From the NCBI GenBank assembly GCA_001179505.1, contig CDMY01000687.1, positions 1 through 30,397 of the forward strand: a DNA stretch of 30,397 nt, written 5' to 3'. The DNA comes from Vitrella brassicaformis CCMP3155. Lineage: Eukaryota > Protista > Chromerida. Positions 20,250-30,397 of this stretch are shown in pieces (position 1 is the first letter of the stretch; each line of letters starts with the position of its first letter). Position numbers and translations under genes: made by a program. The notes below the pieces were generated by a model. The model did no database searches, had not been told where the DNA came from, and saw only the letters and a program-made list of their open reading frames with translations.

Positions 20250-22440
20250 ATGCAGGGAGATGGGGCCGTGGGTGTCTGTGTGGCTGTGTGTCGGTGTGGC
20301 CAGCTGGCTCAAGTGGGGGCCATACACACACTGGCAGGGGGTGACTGGGGGACAGCACGCGCACCCGAAGGGCGGCCCGTTTGCTGTGCTGTGTTGTTGA
20401 TATTGCATGCATGCATGTATCGGTGTGCTGGGCCTCGGGCTGCCTTTTTCTTCCCTGCCTTGCTGAGGCAGATCACTGCATGTGTTGTCCGCGTCAGCTT
20501 TTTTTGCTCGCGGCCTCACCGTTGTTTTTCCTGTGTAGAAAGAAGGTCCACATGCTTTTGTAGGCAAAGTCGCGTCAGCGTGGCGGCAATTTTGGGTGCG
20601 TGCAAGCAGCGGGCAGCCAGGCTGGCCCGCTCCGCTCCCATTTGGTAGCTCTGGTGGTAGCGAAGTCACTGAACTGCGCACCTGACTGAGTGTGCCCCAT
20701 TTTTTGAGGGGCCACTTTGTGAGTACGTGCGTGTCTGGCAGCGACCTTTTTTTGCCGGTGGGCGGGCTGCTTGGATGACTCGTGCCTGGATGAGAGTGGT
20801 GCTGTCTACCTTTCCCCCTCTGTCTGTTTGCATGGCGCAGTGAAGTGAAGTGGTCTGTCTGAATGCTGTTGTCTTGACTGACTGCAGCTCTACAATGAAA
20901 CGGTGTGAGTAAATGGCTGGATGGAATGCTTCGTTGCGCAAGTCACAAATGACACGGTCTCACCTGGCTCTCGGACAGCCGATGCGTTGTCTGTGCCTAT
21001 GCATACAGCCAGCTGTGTTTCTTTCGATGGCTGGATGCCTGGCCTGTCTGTCTGTCTGCCTGCCTGCCTGTGTAACTTAATAGATGAATTGGCTTCATTC
21101 ATGTGGATGCACGTGTAGCTGCACGTCGGTGAGTACTCTGGTGCGCATGGCAGGGCAGGCAGTCATCGATGGCTGGCCGGCCGGTAGGTTGGCTGATTGC
21201 GTCTTGGCACAGACAGACACCATAATAGGCCTGTCTGCCTGCCTGCCCGTATGTCCGTATCCATGAGTTAGCTAAGCGGTACTGAATTGAACCGTCAGAT
21301 ACACAAGGCGGAGTGTGTCTAATGTCTTTGTTTCCCCTGACTTGGCCCAAGGTACTGACTACCATAATCACAGATCCGACTTCACGTAGTGCCTGTCTTG
21401 GGGATCAGCACTTGTGGATTAAATAAGGGGCCTTTCGTGACGTGACGTCGCTTTCCACACTGATTGATCCCCCAAGGCCCTCACGTGCAGTGCACACGCG
21501 TCTGTGTGAGTGTGTGTGTGTGTGTGTGTATGTGCTCTCATCTCCCTCCCTCCCTCCCTCTCTCCCTCTCTCCCTCTCTCCCTCTCTCCCTCACCATGGC
21601 TGTCTGCTTGTCGGTTCTTCTATCGATTCATTCGTCAAAGAAAGAGAGCACGCACCAGGAAAGCCGGACACACGACACGCAGATCGATCACACAAGTCTG
21701 GCCTGCCAAACAGCTGACAATCACAGCCTTTCGCACACTGACACCCGCTGGCCTCGCCCCAGCTGCCGGACCAGAATCGTGTGTGTCAATTTGTCTTCAC
21801 ATCATTGCATTTATGCAGGTCAACTTAAGTGCATTGTTTAGCTTAACTTGATTCATGTGCACGTCAGCATTGAGCAGACACTTGAGTCACCTCCGTCTCT
21901 CACTAGATAGAGTCGACACATGCAGTGTTGGACGCACACACTGACTGACTGACTGGACGCACACACACTGCACGGACGTCAGACAAAAGACAGTCATCCA
22001 TCCGTTTGTCTGGCTCTGCTCCCACGGAGACGGTTGTCGATGATGGGACGGGTGCGATTGTTTGTGCACGAGCTGGGATACTCGCAAACACAGACAGACA
22101 GACAGACAGACAGCACATGGACTTGTGTGTGTGTGTGTGTGTGAGTGTCCGCTTATCTGTGTGTGATGGAGTGAGTGGGCATTTGTCTCCAGACGCTCGC
22201 CAGAGTTTGCCGGTCGATTGCTGATTATCCAGACACACATAGGGAGACACGACATGCAGTTGTTCTGTTTGTCTGTCTGTCTGACACTTGCTTAAACACG
22301 ACAGTTGCAGTGGATGCACCGGGAGTATTGAGTGGAGGCAGCGATGTTGGTGTGAGGCTTGACTGACGAACGATGTTGGTGTGGGCGTGCAGAACAACGG
22401 TTGGCTCTGCAGCCATCACACACACACACACATGAGTGTC
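20250..22440. repeat. Microsatellite-rich intergenic DNA ((GT)n, (GACA)n, (CCCT)n)
   Basis: Multiple simple-repeat tracts, e.g. 21505-21590 and 22085-22145. Confidence 0.7.
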
Positions 22441-22989
22441 TGCCTGTCTCTCTCTATGTTTGTCTCTGTGTTTGACTGACGGTGCTGATTGAGTCGTCGA
22501 GGAGCTCGTGGACGGACGTCAGCTCGGCCGCTGCTCTTGTCGTTGCCTGGGCTGCTTGAGAAGGTGACGGTTGGGATATAAGATGCAGGCAGCGATTGTC
22601 GTGCTCGGTCTTGGACCCGTTCTGCCGGACTGGGTGTGTTCTCCTGTCTCTGAAGCAAACACACATTTGGCACATGCACGAGTGCGTGTGTGTTCTTTGC
22701 TTCTCCTTGTTGTGCGCCCGCCGGAGAGGTTGGCGTTGTCGTGGAGGACTCCATCTGTGGCTGCACAAAACTCAGAGGAAGCGTAATGTCGATGTGTATC
22801 TGTGCAGTCTTTGCTCCCTCTTTTGTGTGCTGTGGGTCCGCGTGTGTGGCGACGTCTCCTCCCCGTCGATGAGGGCGTCTCACTCCGAACCGGCAACGGG
22901 CCCTGCTGCGCACCTACTACTTTGACCGACACAGGAGGAATGCTTATGTGCGTTAGTTGTGTCGTCTCTTTCGTGTGTGTTGTGTGTGG

Positions 22990-23109
22990 CTTCCTGTAAT
23001 CTTGTGCGCCGGGCGCCGCTGCCATGTTGTCGTTGTCGTGGTCGGTCTTGGACCCGCTCGCCGCCGCCGTCAGCCACAGGATGCCGAGGAGGTAGAGGGC
23101 GGTCTTCAT
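22990..23109 (-). CDS. Possible first coding exon of a secreted protein
   Basis: MKTALYLLGILWLTAAASGSKTDHDND reads as a signal peptide, downstream of an apparent 5' intron; no continuation identified. Confidence 0.35.
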
Positions 23110-23617
23110 GCTGCTGCGCTTCGTTGCTGTCTGCATGGGTCTGCTCGCTGTACGCTGTTTTCGTTGTGCTCGCAACTCGAAAACAGCGCGAGAACAAGAT
23201 CTGCCTGCACACAACACAGAACATAGCATGCCAGCAGACACACAGATTGCTTGTCTCTCTGTTTGACTGCTTGTCTCTCTGTTGGTCTCTCTGTTTGACT
23301 GACGGTGCTGAAGCACAGAGTGTGTCTCTTTCTGGTGGATGAGGGGCAAGGCTGCTTGAGGGAGGGAGGGAGGGGCGAGGGAGAATGGGAGGGAGGGGTC
23401 GATTCAATCGGTCAATTTAATCGGTCGATCGTGTGCTTGTGATTGGTAAAGCATTCGCGATCGGTCGATCCCATGCACACGTGCGTACAGAACCAAAATA
23501 CAGACATATATACACGTCCAGCTGGTCATTCGTGTGCGACGGAATTTGATTGTGTGTCTCGTTGCGGCCCAGGGGTAGCCTGGGCCGGCAGACAGGACAA
23601 GGGTACACTGTGCGCAC

Positions 23618-23779
23618 CTTCTGTTGAGGTGTTCGTATGTCTGCAGTCGTGTTGCTGACGGCGGCACCCACCGCAGCCTCAGGGCCACCCTGTGCACGTG
23701 TGTGTCGACGGGGAACTCAGGCCGGTTGAGGCCGAACATCATCACACACGGCAGCGTCTTGGCCCCCACACCCTTGCAG
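23618..23779 (-). pseudogene. Isolated exon of an HhH-GPD (endonuclease III-like) DNA glycosylase
   Basis: 162-nt phase-2/2 exon CKGVGAKTLPCVMMFGLNRPEFPVDTHVHRVALRLRWVPPSATRLQTYEHLNR, with the HhH lysine and catalytic Asp (VDTH). Flanking exons do not continue the family sequence. Confidence 0.85.
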
Positions 23780-24309
23780 CTGAACCACACACCACAGACA
23801 GACGTCAGGAATAGGAATGAATGAATAGGATCAAGGGTTCTCACTTCCGTTCGCCTCCTTGCCCGCTGGTTGTCTTCTATCTTCTGAACCTCTGCTGTTC
23901 GCCTCCTATTTCCGGCGGTCGAGGAGGAGATCGGAAGCTCGCCGGGCGAGGGAAGGGGGAAGGGGAGATCTGACGAGCATTGCACGCGGCTGATCGGATC
24001 TGCTCTCGAGTGTGGTCATTGAACAGAGGACAATCATTGATACCTGCGCTGCGGCCCATCCCTGGGCCCATCCCTATCGCCGCAGATGCCGGTGCGCAAC
24101 ACAGTGCCCCGGCAGCACGACGAACACCGACACAAACAGCACGCCGGGCACTTATGTGGCTGTCCTTTGTGCAGGATCTTGTAGAGCTGCCGGGATCTGA
24201 TGCCGAGTAGCGGAGCAGGGGCACCAATGGTGAGAGAGAAGTCTTACATGACCACTCCTGCATCCACTGGGTCTGTCGGGTCTGCGTGGGTGTGGTGTGT
24301 GCACGTCAG

Positions 24310-26069
24310 CCGGACGCCGATGCGTGCTGGTTGGTCGGCTTGCCTGAGGATGTGGAGAGGCGGCTGCTGACCTCCCTCACGGCATATGACTGCGTCGCCC
24401 TTCGAGCCTCGTCCAAGAGCGTCGGCTGCCAGCTGGTCAGCGAGGTCAACCTGACGCGCCGCCTCGACGCGGCCATTCGCGAGAAGGGCCTTGGTGGAGT
24501 GCTCACCTACCAGAAGCGGTGCGAGACGGTCCTGCTGATTCTGTTGCAGTGGATGGCGGCCATCTTCAGTGTGGTCTCCACTCTCGTTCAAGTAACCGTG
24601 GGTCTGAGCGTTCTCCTCTTCATTTACACGTCCATACGCAGCTGGGCCGTCGTCTTGACATCGTTTCTGGTGCAGCAGCCGGCTGTGTTCCTGGATGGTT
24701 CAGTTTCGCTCCTCTCCCTTCTCGTCTGGGTGGTCCTGTTTGAGGTGATTGAAGTGGCCATCCGATGGCTTGGGGAGGAATCCATCGTCGTGCGAGCGTA
24801 TAGGCAGTTCTGGGTGGCGCTTAATGACTTGGGTCACTTTCTGGGTGTGTGGATACTCCTCGAGTGTGCCAGGTCGATCGCATTTTTGACCCCGCCGCTT
24901 GGTGTTGAGATCATGGCTTGGCTGCTCCGCGTCTCATCGTCGGTCTGGTTGTTCGTAATGTGCCTAGCGCTCAGCATCATTCTGGTGTTCGTCACTCGCT
25001 CTGTCAAGCGGCGTGTGGCTTTGTCGATCGGCAAACTATTCCTCGAGTGTGTTGTGGCGTTGCTTTCCATCTCTGGGATCTGCGTCGCCTGGCTTTGGTC
25101 CCCGAGCGACGAGTGTTCCGTTCAGCTGGTCACTGTCGCCATGAGATGGCATCTCTGCATCTTGCCGCCGGTCTGCCTGGGCATCATGTGCCTTCGAATC
25201 TGGAGAGGGCTGATGGACGTGCAGCTGCTGATCGACACTAGGGCGAGTTATCTGTTGCGGGTGTTGTACGTCATCGAGGAGGGCGGCTGCTGGGACCGAT
25301 GTGTGTCGCTCATCTACTACCTCAAAAACAGCCGCCGCCTCCCCTCTCTGCCTATCATCATCACGGCACACGATCTGCGGCGAGCGGGCAGCCGGGCGGT
25401 GTTCATTTCGCGGCCGGAGGCGGTACGCCAATACGGACTATTCAGCCACCGTGTCCGCCGCCCATTGGCCCAGATAGACTATTTCAACGGCCAAGACTAT
25501 CTGGGCGGCTTAGCAGACACCGATGCGCTGAAGTACGTCAGCATCGATTTGACCGAATCCGACCCGCCGACCAGACGTGAGCACAGCAGCCCAGAGAACA
25601 CACACATGGGATGGCGGAGAGATGAGAATGTGTGAACCGTTTCCTTTATGTCTGCTGCCTGCCTGCAGGTGACGGGTACGTATACTCTTCGATCACGGAT
25701 CTCATCATCCTTGTCTATCCGATCGACGAAAGCACCCACTCGCCTCTGCGCCCCCACGTCACCTACCCAAGTGACCTCCTCACTCCCCCTCCCAAGCAGT
25801 ACCAGCTCACGCCAGACGTCATTCGGCACGCAAGGGGCCAGTGGAACGGCTGCCGCAAAGCGGGCGTGTGGTGGGTCGACAAAGGCACCCTGTGGCAGGT
25901 GCCGAACTTCATTCTGTGTGGGGACAAGGCGGCTGATGCGTTTCTTGTCCACGTCGACTCGCGCCTGGGGATCTGCACCACGGAGCCCCCCGTCGCTTGG
26001 AAGCGCCGCCCAGATGAGCGGTACCCCCGCACAGCTGCGCTCATCCGCCAGAAGGTGGTGGCTGCATAG
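24310..26069 (+). pseudogene. Member of an apparently lineage-expanded family of unknown function, with a long multi-TM hydrophobic insert; frame break near 25630
   Basis: F-box-like LPEDVERRLLTSLTAYDCVALRAS N-terminus, ~250 aa hydrophobic segment, YLLRVLYVIEEGG...RQY core. The C-terminal part YSSITDL...ILCGDK..D.F...TTEPP continues in another frame after gtgtga (2-nt slip, or an intron I cannot phase). Confidence 0.65.
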
Positions 26070-27106
26070 GGGTCGGCTGCATACACGAAGAGGGAGGGAG
26101 GGGGGCTGTCTGAAGGTTGGTGGGTACGTCCAGTGCCACAAGGGTGCTCGTACTTAAGTCTGTGTTTGTCGTATGGCGTGTTTCGGGATGCCTTTGGATG
26201 TACAGTCAGTCATTGCTGCAGCGCATGCATTAGTCATCTGCATGATGATCTTGATCTAGCTGAGTAGACAGGGTGGGATGTGTCGGTGCATTTCTGCTGG
26301 GGCATCTGTTTGTGTGTGCATCAACCAATTCTCAGTCCATCCATCCAGTCGCTCCATGCCAAAGTGTCGGCAAACGGTACACACACACACACACACACAC
26401 ACGGACACCCCAAACCACACACACGGACACCCCAAACCACACACACGAACGACTTAGCCAGCCAGAGAATGGAAGGCAGTCAGGCAGTCAGTCAGGAGGC
26501 GTCGCTCCAGGTGGGTCAAGAACGGAGAGGCGACATTCAAACAAGGCGAATCGATTGGCAGGCAGGGCGGCCAAGCGACGAGAAACACATCCATCCATCC
26601 ATCCACAGATGCATACGATTGAGATCGGTGTCTCATGTCGTCAGACTGCACATACATCACACTCAAGGATGAAATGAACACACAGATGGATGGATCCGAA
26701 CATTGCAAAACTGCCGAGGCTACCGACTACTCACAGACATCAAGCAATGGATCCAGGACGGAAGGCATTGAGCGTGGATGGATGGATGGATGTGGCGACA
26801 CAAGTCAGACCAAACGACTGACTGCGTATGGGACGGATGGATGAAGGCGATAAGTGAGTGATTCGACACACACAAACACACACGGATTGTGATAAACGAT
26901 GCTCATGTGCATCGGGCGTCATGTGAATAAGAGTCAGGCAGCAAAGGTGTACACACAGACACAGAAGGATAAAGCAGTGAATCGGTCCTAACGCGGAGAA
27001 ACAAGAGACTACTCAGCTAGTCACGCTCACCAAGGACGGCTTCATGTCCTGATCATGGCACACACCGCACAAACACCCATGCCAGCCAGTCATGTGTGCG
27101 AAGGAT

Positions 27107-27290
27107 CTCAACATAGAGCGTTCGACGATCGTCACCCCATCCATATGTGTGTGTCTCCCTCCGTCCGTGCCCTCTTCTCTCTGGTGCAGTGTACAGCATC
27201 TCGTGGTCGCCAACCATCATGCTCGACACCAAGGACGCCTCCTTCATCGCAGACATCGACAACGCCATCATCGAACACTCCACACGCACA
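27107..27290 (+). pseudogene. Possible orphan exons of unknown function
   Basis: DLNIERSTIVTPSI|LYSISWSPTIMLDTKDASFIADIDNAIIEHST joins in phase across a GT-AG intron; coding-like composition within microsatellite DNA. Confidence 0.3.
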
Positions 27291-28502
27291 CCACATACAC
27301 ATCAATGACACGCGGACACCGGACAGCGCCTTGAAAGTGTATGTGATGTGATGGAATGGAATGGAATGGACTGGAGCAAAGACCATCAAAAACGGCAGAG
27401 GAGTGGGTAAGTACAACGCAGAGTCACAATCTATATGAGGCAGGAGACGACACCCCACCCACCAGCTGGATGTGTCGCATGTTGGCCTCTCCCCTGTGTG
27501 TCTTTCGGCCCGCCACCTTTCTGTCTGTCTGTCTGTCTGTCTTTCTTATACCCGTGAGTGTCGTATACACACAGACACATAATACATATATTTGTATAAA
27601 TGCCATGGAATGGAATGAACCACTGAGGCGCTCCTCTCACCAAAGCACACACGCGCCACCCAGTCAGCGTTACAGCACTGATAGATACGCGTGTATGTAA
27701 TTCGAGGGCACGCCACACACGGAGAGACCAGACGTCCACCGCTGCAACACGACGAACCTCTCGGCTCTCTCTCCCTCTCTCTGATGGAAAACCGACGCGA
27801 CAGCCGATGTCATTGCTCCGTGTGCAGCCATGAGCGTGTGTGTGTAGGGGGTCCGCCGCCCACCGACACATGACAGAATGGCCACGCACAGGAGCAAACC
27901 GTCTGTCGTCTGTCCACATGGGGTGGTCTCTTTCTACATCAGTCAGTCAGTGAGTGGGTCGGCAGATACACCCCTCACTCCAGTATATATGTGATGTGTA
28001 TGGGACATATACAAAACGCTTAAACCCACATCGGTGTCCGAGCTGTCGAACACCAACTTCAAAACCCGTACCCCTGTGCAGATTTGTACAGAGAGAGAGA
28101 GCGAGAGAGAGAGGGGGGAGGCATAGTGCTCAAAAGGACTCAGCAGAGAAGGGCGTCACCACTCACAACGGCAGCGGGGCTCACACACGCCAATCGGCAG
28201 TGCGTTCCGCCCGCTACTCCTTCCCTGTCGCTGCAGAGAAGAGATCCAGTCACTCATGAGTCAGAAAACGACACCATGGATGCCACCTTGGTTTGCGTCT
28301 CCCTCTCCATTATGTACACGTGGCCACAGACAGACAGACAGAGAGACAGGGAGGGAGGGAGGGAGGGAGGGAGAGAGAGAAGGCGACGCACCAATGGCTG
28401 CACACCATCCATGCCACACATACGTGGGCAGTCAGACATCCGGGTGGCATCGACACCACCACAGACTGGCCATGGATACGCCACAAGGCATCAACAAAAC
28501 GC

Positions 28503-28802
28503 NNNNNNNNNNNNNNNNNNNNNNNNNNNNNNNNNNNNNNNNNNNNNNNNNNNNNNNNNNNNNNNNNNNNNNNNNNNNNNNNNNNNNNNNNNNNNNNNNN
28601 NNNNNNNNNNNNNNNNNNNNNNNNNNNNNNNNNNNNNNNNNNNNNNNNNNNNNNNNNNNNNNNNNNNNNNNNNNNNNNNNNNNNNNNNNNNNNNNNNNNN
28701 NNNNNNNNNNNNNNNNNNNNNNNNNNNNNNNNNNNNNNNNNNNNNNNNNNNNNNNNNNNNNNNNNNNNNNNNNNNNNNNNNNNNNNNNNNNNNNNNNNNN
28801 NN
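28503..28802. other. Assembly gap (300 N)
   Basis: Run of N. Confidence 1.
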
Positions 28803-28850
28803 CGTAAGACTATCCTCATATACACACAGATGATTGGTCGCTACGCTGTG

Positions 28851-30068
28851 TCACTCTTGGTCGCCACCAGGCGGGGGCGAGGCACCATGCTCGGCAGCTA
28901 GACACTTGCTGCACACACACTTGCTGCACACACACACAAGCACACACACACACACACACACACACAAATTACACACTGCATCTCCAACACTCCCACTTCG
29001 TGTGTGTGTATGTATGTGTGTGTGTATGTGTGTGTATGACCTGGGTTGCTCAAAGCTGCCGTCGGGTGCCTTGCGCTTGCCACCTGAGCGGTCGCCACCT
29101 GCCGCACCGCCAGCCGCCGAACCTGACACACGGACACGTCATGAATGCACACCTCCTTCTCTCTGTCAATGACTCACCGCTTCGTTGGCCCGCACGTCGA
29201 CCACCGCCGCTGCCCCACACCTGTGTGCCCAGCTCCTCGCCGAGCACGCGCTTGACGGCCACGGCGGTCTTGGCCCAGGGCCGGCGCGCCTCGCTCGTGA
29301 AGACCTTGACCGTCGCCCTGTGAAACTCGCCCTTCTCGCACCCAAGCAGGATGGCCACGAAGTCGCCCTCGTCAGCCCAGTCCAGGTGCTTGCTCGTCAG
29401 CACGATCAGGCGATGGCAGCAGTCAAGGTAGCACTCCGTCGCGAGGTCCTCTCGGTCGTACACGGCCCCCTCGGTCTCCTCGGCCTTGGCGTCTGTCAGC
29501 TCCTTGACGCGCTTGTAGAGAGGGTTCTCGTCGTCCTCGAGCACACCAGTGGCCCATTCTTTGACGAGTGTGTGGCGCTTAGTCTCCTCGACCCAGCCGA
29601 GCAGCATGAAGCAGGCCATGCCCGAGTAGGAGGTGAAAGTGATCCAGGATAGGCCTCGGCCTTGGGGGTCGTTGTCGGGACCGTCACGCTCGGGTCCACG
29701 TCGCCGCTTTTGACGATGATCTCCTGGTAGCCGCTGATGAAGGTCCTCACAGTCCTCCCCGCCTCGAACCAAAAACCGGTGACAACGGCGTACCAGGAGA
29801 AAGCCTCCCCCGTGCCGCTGGCCTCCTCATACGCCGGGTGGAGGATCTTGTCACCGTCCATGATGGGCTTCTGCTGGCCCTCGTGGGTGGTGATGGTGAC
29901 GCCCTGGCTGATGCGCCGCCACTGATCTGCAGCGCCCTTGAGGCCGTCGAGGGCAGGAAGCGGCATGAGGTTGCCGCAGAGCACCTTCACCAGTGCCTGG
30001 TGCGGGTGCCACACAATGGCGGGGGCGCCGTTGGACGAAGCACTGGCGGCGTGCGCAGACGACGACAT
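28851..30068 (-). pseudogene. Second, divergent member of the same expanded family; frameshift near 29655
   Basis: MSSSAHAASASSNG... (ORF 29496-30137) shifts into SWITFTSYSGMACFMLLGW...AILLGCEKGEFHRATVKV (ORF 29050-29772). Terminal exons 29041-29122 and 28851-28908 splice in phase. Confidence 0.6.
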
Positions 30069-30397
30069 GGTCACCAACAGCAGCTCCTCTGAGAGCGAGT
30101 GGCAATGTGAGTGGTGGGATGAGTCGACAGGGCTCACGATAACGGTCGCTGAGAGAGCTCCCAGCCGATTGCCAAGATCCAGGCTCCTGGCTCAATTCAG
30201 GGAGCACTGCGATTTGTGAGCTTCGCGAGCTTGAAGAGGAAACGCCGTTCCTCCAGTTAGAGCGGAGACCGAGTTACACGGGCGAGATCTACGAGACATG
30301 AATTGCGATGGATGTGGACCCAAGCTTGCGTGTCCATGAGACCTCCGTCGTCACTGAATGCTTCTTTCGGCTTCGTCACATTCCTACTCGCTACCCC

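Noticed and set aside
20250-22440. Numerous short ORFs in microsatellite DNA (also 26160-28500)
   Set aside because: Their low-complexity translations (VCVC, THTH, TDRQ) come from simple repeats.
28084-28901. ORFs spanning the second gap
   Set aside because: They are open only because N codons are not stops.

Overview
Eukaryotic, intron-rich, microsatellite-laden DNA. The intron style and expanded gene families suggest the chromerid alga Vitrella brassicaformis; this is my recognition, not a database result. The window is a transposon- and pseudogene-rich patchwork with two 300-N gaps. It holds two subfamilies of CRE-like (restriction-like endonuclease, REL) non-LTR retrotransposons: one with a TSD inside a reconstructable exon, one present as a 127-bp oligo(C)-tailed copy and as a 1.35-kb copy. 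It also holds a decayed RTEX/RTE-like LINE and a 60-bp satellite arranged as a foldback plus a second array. Genes and gene fragments: an ankyrin pseudogene, an inverted three-exon kinase fragment, a plant-type LRR pseudogene built from tandem exon/intron modules with hypervariable ligand-face residues, a 5'-truncated TTF1/Reb1-like Myb gene, an orphan HhH-GPD glycosylase exon, and two frameshifted members of an apparently lineage-specific family. The strongest leads are the oligo(C)-tailed CRE family, the TSD-less CRE copy fused in frame to an LRR exon and joined to the Myb gene, the modular diversifying LRR array, and the foldback satellite. All exon models were read by eye.
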